64,000 bases of DNA, taken from positions 81,966,001-82,030,000 of the forward strand of contig NW_024704742.1 in the NCBI RefSeq assembly GCF_018977255.1. Direction: 5' to 3'. This document shows, piece after piece, positions 12,250 to 24,691 of this stretch. Source of the stretch: Callorhinchus milii (taxonomy: Eukaryota). Each line of letters starts with the position of its first letter. Position 1 is the first letter of the stretch. The notes beneath the pieces are model-generated. The model made no database searches and was not told the DNA's origin. It worked only from the letters and a program-made list of their open reading frames with translations. Position numbers and translations under genes: made by a program.

Positions 12250-12560
12250 ATTGATTGAACTCATGGTGAACACATGGATAGTTCATGTGGCTTTCCCTGA
12301 GAAAGATCGTCCACATGTAGAGAAAGAACAGAAACAACTATAACCTGTGTGTTTTTTCAAAACATTGTACTAACACTAAATTTTATTGAAGGCACTGAAG
12401 GCAGATGCCCATCAGACAGCTGATGAGGAAACTGAAGCTGTGGGTATAGCTACTGGAAAGCGTTACCTGGAATTTGGGCTTTCAAACAAAGGTTCATATA
12501 TCCAGTGCTTGGTATCCGTCTTGAATTGTAGGCAAAGAGGTAAGCAATTGCTGCTCAAGC
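12250..12560 (+). mobile_element. Very old CR1-like RT relic
   Basis: Frameshifted RQLMRKLK..AVGI, similar to the VPHxxLxxKLxxxGI segment of CR1 RT. Confidence 0.35.
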
Positions 12561-12669
12561 TCTGCACCTCCAACTTGTGACACCATCGAAGCTTGTTAGA
12601 CATAAGTTATGTGATTTTAGCTGATTTTGAGCTTGATTTTAGCGCAATTTCAAGATCCTCTCAAAAATT

Positions 12670-12950
12670 TTCAAATCCTTTCATGCCCTCACACCTCCCT
12701 ACCCATTGGTGGCCATGCCTTTAGACACTACATCTCAAAACTCTGGAACTCCCTCCCTCAATCCCTTTGCCTTGCTCGCTCCCTCCCCACTTTCAAATCC
12801 CACCTAAAGATCTTCCTTTTTGATCATGCTTACGGTCACCTCCCCCTTCCCTCTCCCCCGGCTCAGGGTCAGACTTCACCACTGTCAAGCTCTCCAGGAC
12901 GTTACCTTGCGTGAAGGGCGCTATATTAATGCTAGTTGTTGTTAGTTGTT
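12670..12950 (+). mobile_element. L2 3' end
   Basis: IGGHAF..KLWNSLPQ..FKSHLKIFLF; tail GAAGGGCGCTATATTAATGCTAGTTGTTG. Confidence 0.85.
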
Positions 12951-12959
12951 ACACTCCAG

Positions 12960-13800
12960 TAGTATCCCAACTCTTTAGGGTCCCCAAGCTTCTTGGCCAT
13001 CCTCTTGGCAACTGCACCTAATATTTTCTGGGATTAGGTTTGTCTCTCTGGGAAGAGTGTTCATATTCCAGACATAGGGAAAATCCACATATAGGTAGAA
13101 TATATATAAAGAGAAACAAAGAGAGAACTCTCAGTCTAGTTTGATACTGTTAAGTATCCAGATGAATTAGTTTTGTTTGTATCCTTTTATGTGTGACCCT
13201 GTAACTTTTTTTTGCCTCTTTTACAGAAATTAACAGTGGAAGAAACAGATGCAGATTTTTCTCACATTTATTAATTATAAAACATTATCCAGCTGCTTAG
13301 ATTTTGCATGGTCTACAAAATATCTGCATAAAATCAAAAAATAAACAAGAGGCTTTATTGTTTTTATAATTGCTTTCCACTGACCCCAAACTTCATGCCA
13401 AGATATGGCATTCAAGCAAGACACTGAGTAGAAGGCAATTACAAACACTACAACAGGGTCCTTCACTGAAAAACAGACAGTTCTAATAACCTTCCGATTG
13501 ATTTTCTTCTGCTGCTAGGTGAAACTACTTTCTCTGTTCTTACTTTTTTAATATATAATTCATATTTATGTTTGACATAATAAACCAAAGCAATCACAAA
13601 CATACACTGTTTTGTGGCATTCCAGCCCACCTTAAAAGTCAACATGAAAATCACATCAAAATCAATGTGAAACCTGCAGTGGAACAATATGGGCTTACTG
13701 GAACTATCAAAATCTATCGAAATAGAGTGAGATAGTTTGAGACCACCCACAGGAAGCAGCCCTGGAGCTCTTCAGTCTTACGCTATATTGCCTACTTGTA
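12960..13800 (-). mobile_element. Ancient L1-clade ORF2 C-terminal relic
   Basis: GGLKL at about 13740, a segment homologous to 2550-2650 at about 13030-13160, then KILGAVAKRMAKKLG. Confidence 0.45.
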
Positions 13801-14364
13801 GCCAGAGCAAAGCAAACTTGCAGCAAACACTCATATTAAATCCTATTATTTCCAAATTGTATTGTTAACATACTGCTTCCTGATCAATGTTATTCTATTA
13901 TGCATTTTGGTAACGTGGGACTTTAATTTTTTTTAATGATAAAAGAAACAACAATGATTTACATTTAGAAAGTGCCTTTCATGTTGGGCAGACATGTCAA
14001 AGTGTTTCACATGGCTGACTGACCACCCGAGCTGGATTGGGGTGGGGCTGGGTTTGGGGGATGGGAGGGGGGAGTGGAACTAAGGAATGTGGGTAAAGGT
14101 GAATTATCCTCGAATAAATGGAAGCACAACAAATTCATTATAACATCAGGAATAATCCCTTAAAGGTTTTTGATCAGACAATTTAAGAGCTGTCAATCAT
14201 GGCCGAGCATAGCCTGAAACAATTTGCACTGCTTGTATTTTTATTTATTTCATTGCTTTCCAGGTAAAATCACCTCTTCAAATGGGTTTGCGAAGGCAGG
14301 ATCAATGGAGCACCACTTATGCCGTTTTATTTTGCATGCCACGCATTGAAAATTTGACATATTA

Positions 14365-14797
14365 CTCTGCCCCCGTTCTCTGGAATTCCATCCTGGAGTC
14401 CCTTCAACTCATTCCTTCCCTCCCCTCTTTATGGTACATCTCAAAATCGATCACTTTGGCCATGCTTTTGGTCACCTTTTTGCATGAATATATTTTTAAA
14501 AATGTGGTCACTAAACCCATGACTGTTTGTGGGACACTGCTGTGTGCAATTGACTGCCAGATTTCATCCACAAAATACACAGACCATTCACTTTACAGTA
14601 TATTCTGTGAAGTGCTTTCAGTCGTCTTGAAGAAGTGATAAAGTGCTATATCAAATGCAAGGATTATTATTATTAAATGTCCCCTCCCCATCCACCTTGG
14701 ATCCTATCCACACCTCAGGTGCCCATCTTACACTGTGAAATGCGTTGAGATGTCCTCCCTCAGCGAAAGATGCTATATAAATTGAAATCATATTATT
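14365..14797 (+). mobile_element. L2 3' end interrupted by a SINE 3' half (about 14495-14675)
   Basis: L2 sequence stops at about 14480 and resumes at about 14680 after the SINE (ATT)n tail. Confidence 0.7.
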
Positions 14798-15544
14798 GAG
14801 TAAAGAGTCAACAGGTCCATCTGATCTTTGTTAACATACAAAATGTACTTAGCGTTGCCATCATGGTCTAGTGCAAATGAGCAGGGATCCACTTTGGCCC
14901 AGTTCAAAGAGATGCAATTCTAGCAGCATAACTTGCTAATGGCAGCTGGAACTGCTGTAATGCAGATAGCATATAAATGTAACTTATAATTGTAATAGTT
15001 TGTCACCAAGAGCTCCATATACTTTGGAATCTCGATAACTCCGACCCAGTTATCCCGCTTTCCAATTATCCACTGCAATGGGAAAAGCAAATAATGCACT
15101 CAGACATCCAACTCAGCTCTGCTTGTTTCACCAACATGAGCCTAAGTTTCCCTTGGCTCCTGAGCTTCAACCCTTTATGTTCACCTCATAGTAATTCAGT
15201 TTTCGCACATTCTCTTACCAGCAAAAGTGACTGCCGTTGCAAATAGTCTCATTATAAACCCCATTATTTCCTTCTCCTCAAAGCAAATTACACTGCTAAC
15301 AGCATTCTGTGGTTCTGTGGTCTGATGAATGTTCTTCTTCTGCTAAACAGGTCATATTCCTGGTAAGTAACATTTTAAGGTACTTTCAAATAACAGAAGA
15401 TTGTACAAATAACATGATAATTGTAAATCATTAAAATTGACAGATACTGACTGCTGAGGAGACAAACGCTGGCATTAATGCTTGCATTACCAATTTGACT
15501 TTGAACGTTAATTTATGGGACTGGGAGAGGAAAAGAAAAAGTGC

Positions 15545-16960
15545 TTCCTCTATCCTCCTCCACCGACTCTCAACTTTCATGGTTCTTTCCTTGAATGGTT
15601 CAGATCCTACCTATCACACCACCTCCACTTCATCTCCACAGATGGTTTCTCCTCTAGCCCCCGTACCGTCTTGTGCGGCGTTCCTCGGGGCTCTGTCCTT
15701 GGTCCACTCCTTTTCAATATCTATATTGGGTTCAATTCCAGGCAGGGCGAAACCTTGGGCAAGTTTCCTTACTCCACACGCCTAATAATAATCCCTCCAA
15801 AACAAAACAATAATAAATTGGTCATTTTCAATCCACGACTGTTTGTGGGACACTGCGGTGCACAATTGGCTGCCGCGTTCGCCCACAAAAAAAGGGTCAA
15901 TTCTTTTTACAGTATATTCTGTGAAGCGCTTTGAGACATTGAGAAGATGTGAAAAGCGCTATATCAAATGCAAGGATTATTTATTATTATTATTATTATA
16001 TGCTCCCTCTTGGTGTCATCATCCGCAGTCATGGGGTCACATGTATGCGGATGACACCCAACTCTATCTCTATGCCTCCATCCTCGACCCCAGGACCACT
16101 GCTGTCATCACAGAATGTCTGTCAGACATCAAGTCCTGGATGAAAGCTAACTTTCTACAGTTGAATGTCAAGAAGACCGAGGCTCTTCTGATTGGCTCTA
16201 CACCTCAGGCGCTGACAGTATCACCATCCAAGGATACACACTCCAACTTGCTAAGCCAGTCTGGAACCTTGGCATCTTGTTCGACCCTCAACTATCCTTT
16301 CTACTCCACATCCATGCCATGACCTGCTTTGCCTGTCCCTACCTCTGCAACATCGCCCGGCTCCACCGATGTCTCACAGCGCAGACGGCCAAAACTCTCA
16401 TACACGCATTCATAATATCTAAGCTCGACTATGCAAACTCGGTGCTTGTTTGCCTCCCCAATTCCTCCCTCCATAGGCTGCAGATCATCCAGAATTCTGC
16501 AGCCCATTTCCTCTCATGCACCAGTCACGGCGACCCTATCACCCCCATCCTCGCCTGATTCCACTGCTTCCCATCACACAGAGGATACAGTTCAAGATCC
16601 TGGTCTTCACCTTCAAATTCCACCATGGTCTTGCTCCGCCTACTTCTGTGACCTCCTAACACCCTCCCAACCTGCCTGCTTTCTCCTTTCAGCAGGCTCT
16701 GGCCTGCTTCACAGCCCCCGCCTTGCCCACCCAACCATTGGCAAGGCGGGCTTTCAGCAACTCTGCCCCCACCCTCTGGAACTCCATCCTGCAGTCCCTC
16801 TGACTCACTCCTCCCTTGCCTCCTTCAAGACCCATCTCAAGACCCTCCTCTTCGACTGTGCCTTCGGTCACCCTCTTACCTCTGCCATCCCCGCCCCTCA
16901 CCCCTTTGGATGTGCTCCTGATGTGAAAGGCACTATACAAATATAAATTGTTGTTGCTTT
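15545..16960 (+). mobile_element. L2 LINE RT to 3' end, interrupted by a SINE
   Basis: [16 protein letters not shown], then after the SINE MLPLG and MYADDTQLY; tail at about 16950. Confidence 0.93.
15727..16000 (+). mobile_element. Young tRNA/CORE-like SINE, 5'-truncated at the B-box, nested in L2
   Basis: Starts TGGGTTCAATTCCAGGCAGGGCGAAACC and ends in (ATT)n; splits the L2 codons IY/MLP. Confidence 0.92.
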
Positions 16961-17519
16961 GCAGCATACTGTTCATTGGTCCTTGTTTATCTAAGTCCAT
17001 TTAGTTAATCTTCTGCTAAAACCTTGGTAGAAATGAATTTAGAGTAGAGGACTTCAGGGTCCCTGACTTATTACATCATACAAAAGAAGAACATTTCTCC
17101 TTCATGTCACACAGCTGAATCATTCCATCACAGTGGATACTAATGTAACTAAACTGTTCTTGACTGATTCATTCCTTCAACCATGGATGAGAGATTGCTT
17201 GTCCCTTCAGTGCAGTTAGCGAAGATAGGTATTCTGATTTCATTTATTAAAGTGGATGGCTCTTCCAAACCTATATGGTTCCTGTGACTAACCATAGGTG
17301 TGACTCATTTGAAGGAGGTCAAGGGAGATTGCTCTTGAGTTTGGCTAGTAGGGGAGAGAGAAGGCTAATTCTTCCAAATAGATTTGCTGAGCTTTTCCTT
17401 AGATCTTCAAATATTTTATGCTGAAAATAACAAGTGAATCAATCTGATAACAGTTACCAGGCTATTGTTAATAGTACTACGAATAATAATTATAATAATG
17501 GTCCTTGTATATATCCAAA

Positions 17520-17810
17520 ATAGTAATCCAAAACAGTACTCGTTGCCTTCGTTCCTCCGGGTATGGCCTCCTCCTCGTCCCCCGAGTCCTCCGCTCCACC
17601 CTCGGCAGCCGTGCCTTCAGCCACTATGCCCCGAGGCTCTGGAATTTCCTTCCTCAATCCCTTCGTCTTGCTCCCTCCCTTCCCATTTTCAGGTCTCTGC
17701 TGAAGACCTTTCTTTTCGACCGTGCCTTCGGTCACCTTCCTCCCCCTCCCCCTGGCTCGGCCCCGGGATCCGTTACTGTAAAGCGCTCTGAGACGCTGTT
17801 CAGCGTGAGA
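17520..17810 (+). mobile_element. L2 3' fragment
   Basis: LRSSG.GLL.VPR..GSRAFS.YAPRLWN.LP..LKTFLF. Confidence 0.85.
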
Positions 17811-18509
17811 ATTAAACAGGGAATTAAACAAAGTGTTCTGCCAAGTGTTGTTACACGGCAGAGACATTTTCCTGGCTAACATTGTACAATACAGGTTATT
17901 TCCCATTAATCTTAGACAGCAAAAGCTATAGGAAATTATTGCACAAATGGGGGAGTGCAAGCTTTGCTCCATTTTGTGTTGAGTCTAAAAGTGCAATAGA
18001 GAAACTACTGATTGGATCTTACTTGTCTTTGACTTTCCACTTGGAAAACTTGCCCACTTTCACTGTGGACTTCAAATGTAGTCAATAACTAAACAATATT
18101 CCCTGACCGTGTCTGCAATTCAATATGTCACATTTACAAAATTATCATTTAGTCATTGTGTTCATCAGTAATCTCATAAGAATAGAAAAGAAAGGAATAT
18201 TTTGCATCAGTTTGTACTTGTGGGAATGCTGATCTTTAATATCAGTGAGTTGTGATAGGGATAGTGCTCAATACCAATGCCATTGTCAGGAGAGCGTAAT
18301 CACATTGGTGAAACACCTGAAAACTCATCACAGTATTCATTGTAAATTGATGTGACCACGTATTTGTAGGCAAACACAGCAGTCAATTACTACACAGCAA
18401 CGTCCTACAAACAGCCATGAAGTGAAATTGATCTGGTGGATTGTTGGCCATGATACCAGGAGAAACGTTCTTTTTGAATAATGCTATGGGATCATTAAGG
18501 TCAATCTTA

Positions 18510-19070
18510 AAATTTTGGGCATATTTTGATGGATGAGTGAACAAATTTTATTCCACATCTCATCCAAGGCACACCTGACATGGAACCAATTGAGCTTGTC
18601 ATTGGGTGTTTAAAGTGAATAAGTGTTCCATTCTCCAGCACTGCAAACATTTGCCCTTGAATGCAAAATTCTATCCCATACATTTTTGTAAAGATACATG
18701 AAAAATATAACAAAAATACACATAAAGTGAAGGACCAATTTGTAACAGTATATTATTCAATTCTTTACTCTTCTTCAGATTTAGTCGCAGACCTGAAGGG
18801 TAATATTATCTCCTTGACTGAATGCACATCAAGACCTATTTTGGAGGCAGAGATGGCCCTGTGAATGGAATTTTTTATCCCCTAGAAGAGATTTTCAAGA
18901 GGGTATCAACATGTATTTAAATGGTAAAGCAAAAGTAGATTTACTCATACACAGTTATTTAGTGACAGATGTTAATAGCTGCTAGACTATAAACATTTGG
19001 GTCATGTAAAAATTCCCTTTGTAGTATACTCCTATATTATCTCCCTTACACTAATGTAATGACTTTCCAA
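18510..19070 (-). mobile_element. Possible L1-clade ORF2 relic
   Basis: YSLAAINI and GVPWMRCGI peptides resemble the YYxAA and FxxWxxxGI segments of fish L1. Confidence 0.3.
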
Positions 19071-19099
19071 TTCCACAGGTTAAATATAATATAATTTCT

Positions 19100-19310
19100 A
19101 CAGGGTAATAATACCTTCAAAATAAAAAAATAATACTAAATTGGTCACACATTCCATGACTGTTTGTGGGACACTGTTGTTTGCAAATGGCTGCCGTGTT
19201 TCTCCCATAAAATACAGTCAATTCACTTTACAGTATATTCGGTGAAGCACTTTGAGACATTGTGAAGACGCAAGGAGGCGTTATATCAAATGCAAGGATT
19301 ATTATTATTA
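19100..19310 (+). mobile_element. SINE 3' half
   Basis: GACTGTTTGTGGGACACTG...ATATCAAATGCAAGGATTATTATT. Confidence 0.85.
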
Positions 19311-20664
19311 TGTCTCGCTGACGGGGCATGTGGATGACCTACTCCAAGCACTCCAGAAAAATGTTGCATATCTGCAGTTGACAATAGAAGCTCAAAGTGT
19401 CTCTTCATCCCTCCGCATGGTTCCCGACTCTGCTCATCATCTCCAATTGATGCACGACCGACCTCAGGAACTTTATCTATGTTTTATGGGAAAAATAAGC
19501 ATTGTTAAAAATACATTTGCGATATATGTGCAATTTTTAGTGAGATTATTTAAACAACAATCCTTGCATTTGGTACATGTCAGGGGGACGTCTCAAATCA
19601 CTTCATGGGATTTACTCTGAAGTAGAGTGACAGTATTTTGTAGGTGAATGTGGCAGCCAGTTTGTGCACAGCAGTTGGCTGCCGATTTCACCCACATAAG
19701 TATACAGTCCATGCACTTTGTAGTATATCCTATGAAACGCTTTGAGCCATCTCAATGACTTGATAAGGCACCATATCAAATGCAAGGTTTCCTATTATTG
19801 TTATTGTGTGTGGGATTTTGTAGACATACATCTACATATATATATATATAATATTCTTAGCTCCATATAGCTCATTTGGATTTATTTTTATATTTAAAAA
19901 ATACATTATTTGACCTTGGATCAGGGAAGACAAATATGTGGAAAGACTCAAAAAGCACTGTTTCCTCCACGGCATCATCTTTTTATAGGACATGAACTCA
20001 ATGGAGAGGATAGAGATTGTCACAATGCAATGGTCAAACCACCCAGATTGGTAGCGTGCAATGTGATGTAGAGGATCCCTGTATTAGAATAGACTGTGTA
20101 CTGTACACACATGTGGAATATTTGCAGATGTTATACTTCAATCCTAGCCGCAGATTAAAATCGCCGAATCACTAGGTTTCCTCCATTGGATATAAAATCA
20201 GAAACTGACATAAAAAGACACGGTGAACAGTTGTTCACAGCGACTACCTTGCTCTAAAACAGCGACAGGAATGGTTCAGATCTCTCTCAGGTTCTCTGCT
20301 CTCATCATGTGTCACATCCTTGGCTTTGACCCTCACCAAATTTAGGTTTAACTCAACCATCCACGATCCCTCCCTCCCCGCCTACAGCCCCTCCAATAAA
20401 GAATAAGTAAATGATCCACTGAAACGGATAATTTTTTTTGTGCGGAAATTTTGGGTGTTTTTTTTTTAGCTGAGACCCAAAGAAGGGAGTCAAATGCCCA
20501 GTTTGGGGTGCCAGTTTAACCAGGATGAGTGATGGGCTGTCTGCGAGATGGCGACTTGAATGTGTTGGTGTTTGTTAGTGTGGAAGCTTCACCCCACCGC
20601 AAGCCATCAAGCAGTTTGCACAAGAAATGCAACTGTGGGAATGCCCGTGGATATCAGTGAATGA

Positions 20665-22386
20665 GGGTGTGAGAGAGAGAGAGAGTGTGAGTCAACGTGA
20701 GAGATTGTGAGAGATTGTGAGTGTGAGAAATTGTGAGTAGGCGAGTGAGTGGGTGTGAGAAAGGGGGAGAGATAGAGAGAGGGAGGGATTGTGAGTGAGT
20801 GAGAGATTGTGAATGTGGGAGATTATTCGTGAGATTGAGATTATGAGTGAGAGGCTATGTGTGAAAGAGAGATTGTGAGTGAAAGAGAGATTGTGAGTGA
20901 ATGTGTGATGGGCATTGAGTGTGACAGAGATTGGGTGTGAGATATCATGAGTGCATAATAGAGATTGTGAGTAAGTGTATGAGAGAGATTGTGAGTGTGT
21001 GAGATTGTTAGTGTGAAACATTGTGGGTGTATGAGTGTGAGAGATTGTGAGTGTGAGAGGTTGTGAGTGTGATAGAGATTGTGAGTGTGTGAGACAGAGA
21101 ATGCCAGTGTGTTAGTGTGTGTGAGAACGATTGTGAGTGTGAGAGATTGTGTGCTCATGAGAAAGATTGTGAGAGATTGTGAATGTATGTAAAAGAGATT
21201 GTGAGTGTGTGTGAGAGATTGTGAGTGAGTGGGAGAGATTGTGAGTGAGTGGGAGAGATTGTGAGTGAGTGTGAGAAAGATTGTGAGTGGGTTAATGTGT
21301 GAGAGAGATTGTGAGTGGGTTAGTGTGTGAGAGAGATTGCGAGTGGGTTAGTGTGTGAGAGATTGTGAGTGAGTGAGTGTGCGAGTGTGCGAGCGTGTGA
21401 GAGATAGTGAGTGAGTGAGTGAGTGTGAGAGAGACTGTGAGTGAGTGTGAGAGAGATTGTGAGTGAGTTAATGTGTGAGAGATTGAGTGAGTGGTGAGTG
21501 TGTAAGATTGTGAGTAGTAAATGTGTGAGAGATTGTGAGTGAGTGGAAGATTGTGAGTGAGTGTGAGAGATTGTGAGTGAGTGTGTGAGATTGTGAGTGA
21601 GTGTGTGAGATTGTGAGTGAGTGTGTGAGAGATTGTGAGTGTGTGAGAGATTGTGAGTGAGTGAGTGAGTGAGTGAGTGAGTGAGTGAGTGTGTGAGAGA
21701 TTGTGAGCGAGTGTGAGAGATTGTGAGTGAGTGTGTGAGAGATTGTGAGTGAGTGTGAGAGATTGTGAGTGAGAGATTGTGAGTGATTGAGTGAGTGAGT
21801 GAGTGTATGAGATTGTGAGTGAATGTGTGAGAGATTGTGAGAGTGATTGTGTGATTGTCAGTGTGTGAGATTGTGAGTGAGTGATTGAGAGATTGTGGGT
21901 GAGAGATTGTGAGTGATTGAGTGAGTGAGTGAGTGAGTGAGTGTATGAGATTGTGAGTGAATGTGTGAGAGATTGTGAGAGTGAGTGTGTGATTGTTGGT
22001 GTGTGAGATTGTGAGTGAGTGAGTGAGTGAGTGAGTGAGTGAGTGAGATGTGTGAGAGATGTGAATGAGTCAGTGAGTGAGATGTGTGAGATTGTGAGTG
22101 AGTGTGCGAAAGAGAGAGTGAGTGAGATGCAGTGAGTGAGTGTGAGAGAGATTGTGAGTGAGTGTGCGAAAGAGAGAGTGAGTGAGATGCAGTGAGTGAG
22201 TGAGTGTGAGAGATTGTGAGTGAGTGTGCGAAAGAGAGAGTGAGTGAGATGCAGTGAGTGAGTGAGTGAGTGTGAGAGAGATTGTGAGTGAGTGTGCGAA
22301 AGAGAGAGTGAGTGAGATGCAGTGAGTGAGTGAGTGTGAGTGTGAGTGAGTGTGTGAGTGAGTGAGAGAGAGAGAGAGAGAGAGAG
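20665..22386. repeat. Low-complexity satellite of GTGA/GAGATT units with a 4-copy, roughly 60-68 bp higher-order block (about 22087-22340), ending in (GA)n
   Basis: Directly visible; the + strand is very poor in C. Confidence 0.95.
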
Positions 22387-22389
22387 CCA

Positions 22390-22713
22390 TCGCCACAGCC
22401 TCTCCATCTCTGTGCGTCTCTCTGGGTCTGTGGCTGTGAGTGTGACAGAGAGCAGCGGCGCTGAGCTCCAGCATTCAGCAGTCAGTCAGTCAGCGGCGTG
22501 TGAGTGTGTGAGTGTGTGTGAGTGAGTGTGTGTTGGGGGGGGGCTGCCTCCCCTCAGTGCTGGAGCCTCCTCTGCCTCTGTGTATGTGTGTGTGTGTGTT
22601 AGAGAGAGAGAGAGAGAGAGAGGAGCTCTCCCTCCCACACCGCGCCACACACCGCTCAGTGAGTGCAGGTACAAGCTCCCACTCCCACTGGAGGAGAGAG
22701 AGAGAGAGAGAGT

Positions 22714-22746
<33 letters not shown>

Positions 22747-23178
22747 GAATAATTCCAGCAATTCATTCTTCGCCTTCACTTCTCTCGGTTTGCACACAAT
22801 TCATTCGTGCAGAATCCGAGCAACACACACACCCACAGAGAGAGAGAGAGAGAGAGGGGGAGAGAGGGAGGAGAGGAGAGGAGAGCAGACCTGACCTGCC
22901 CTCTCTTCTTGTTTTCTATTTGCAGCTCAGAAAAGGAGAAGGAGAAAGAGAGAGAGAGAGAGAGAGAGACCTGACAGTCTGCAATGCGTGTGGGTGTGGG
23001 GGGTGGATGTGGGGGGGTGCAAAAAAAAAAGAAATCATCCTTTTTATTTTATTCTGATTGACTGAGGAAGAGGAGGAGAGAGAGATAAAGAGAGAGAGAA
23101 AAAAGAGAGAGAGAGAGAACATTCCTTGTGGGAGTTTACATTTTCTTCCAAGTGGGGCGATATCACTGACTGACAACT
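22390..23178 (+). other. Putative non-coding 5' exon(s) of an unidentified gene: exon A about 22390-22658, exon B 22926-23178
   Basis: GC/CpG-richer unique sequence between (GA)n tracts; donor TCA|GTGAGT (22659); branch-like CTGAC, pyrimidine tract and TGCAG| (22925); donor ACT|GTAAGT (23179); transposon-poor surroundings. Confidence 0.55.
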
Positions 23179-24074
23179 GTAAGTGCTGTGGTTACACTCT
23201 GATTTCTCTCTCCTATCTGTGTGTGTCATATTTAATAAGGTGGTACTGCTATTCCTGGCAAAGTTGTGTTGTGTTTGTGCTGCTGTTTGGGGTGAAGGGG
23301 GGAAAAGAAAGAGAAAAAGAGAGAGAGAAAAAAAAAGGGAATGGGATGATGTTTCAAGTTTATTGTGTAAATTGACCAGGGGAACAGGTTAGGTATTCAA
23401 TTGCTGGAGATCAAAAGAAAGTTTATTATTATTTTTATTATTCTATATGTATGTATATAAAGATGTGTAAGCCTTGAATTCGTGTGTTTTTTTTTATTAT
23501 TATCATCCAACTTTGTCTCCAGGGTTGTTTCGAGTGCTGGGTGTTTGCTGGGGACGTGGGGAGGAGGGGGGGATATTTGCAACAAAAAGTTATCCCATTG
23601 CCTGGTGTTGAGGTCCTGATGACTTTTGGACCAAGTCAGTGTCTCAAGTTAGAGACCCAGAGCCCGGGAGCGAACCCCCGACGTGAGATAACGGGATATG
23701 CAAGTGTTATGGTTTGTGCTGTTATTTTTGTGTGTTGCAACGTCAAGTGAATGTCCTTCCCTCCTGACAGATAAGAGAGGACAGTGCGAGATCTTTTTTT
23801 TCTCTCTCTCTCTCTGGGTCTCTCTTTCACCTGCGAGTTGACTTGGATTTTGCTTTGCAGCAGCAGATGCGTTAAGTGTCCTTTTTTTGTGTGTGTGTGT
23901 GTGAGTGTTAAACGAGTGACGGGCAATAGCTGCTCAGATGCTTAAGACGGTTTAAAGAGCTTAGAGAGTGACAGTGAAACAAGTGCAAGGGAATGGGGTG
24001 GGAAAAGGCAATCAAAAAACATTGCAATCCTTTTTTGTGTGTGTGTGTGTGCGTGGCACCCGCTTTTCGTGGCT

Positions 24075-24362
24075 GCTGGCAAGGGGGTGCGAGCTGGCAA
24101 GGGGGTGCGAGCTGGCAAGGGGGTGCGAGCTGGCAAGGGGGTGCGAGCTGGCAAGGGGGGTGCGAGCTGGCAAGGGGGGTGCGAGCTGGCAAGGGGGGTG
24201 CGAGCTGGCAAGGGGGTGCGAGCTGGCAAGGGGGTGCGAGCTGGCAAGGGGGTGCGAGCTGGCAAGGGGGTGCGAGCTGGCAAGGGGGTGCGAGCTGGCA
24301 AGGGGGTGCGAGCTGGCAAGGGGGGTGCGAGCTGGCAAGGGGGTGCGAGCTGGCAAGGGGGT
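24075..24362. repeat. 18-19 bp minisatellite (GCTGGCAAGGGGG[G]TGCGA), about 16 copies
   Basis: Near-perfect tandem units differing only in G-run length (5 or 6). Confidence 0.97.
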
Positions 24363-24691
24363 CGGTGCCATCCACCAAAGTGGGGCTCGAGTTTCCGAGC
24401 TTGAACCCAGTTTAGCAGCAGATCTCTCCTCGCGGTGCTGATTCGAGAGCTCTGGTGGGAAATGCAATGGTCTTCGTAAAGTTAACTTCCTGCACTCACT
24501 CACTCCACTCACTTCACTCCACTCACTCCACTCACTCCACTCACACTGGAAGTTGCAATGTGGTCCAATTGCATCTTTCATTACGTGTGAAAATCGAGCA
24601 AATTCACTAACACACCAGACATTGGTACACGTTATCTTTCCACATGGGGAGGTATTTGCAAAGTATCTCGAGGGTTAAACGTGGCACTCTA

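Noticed and set aside
13200..13230. Strong-looking splice acceptor TTTTGCCTCTTTTACAG
   Set aside because: Lies within an antisense L1-like relic, with no matching exon ORF or donor identified
21292..22474. 371-aa and neighbouring S/L/T/H-rich ORFs
   Set aside because: Translations of the GTGA/GAGATT satellite, which lacks stops on the minus strand
24075..24362. CTCF-motif array
   Set aside because: CAAGGGGGTGC resembles the right half of the motif, but the conserved CC of the left core is replaced by TG
23908..24581. Overlapping repetitive ORFs; CRISPR-like appearance of the 18-mer array
   Set aside because: Head-to-tail minisatellite with no unique spacers and no cas genes, in a vertebrate context
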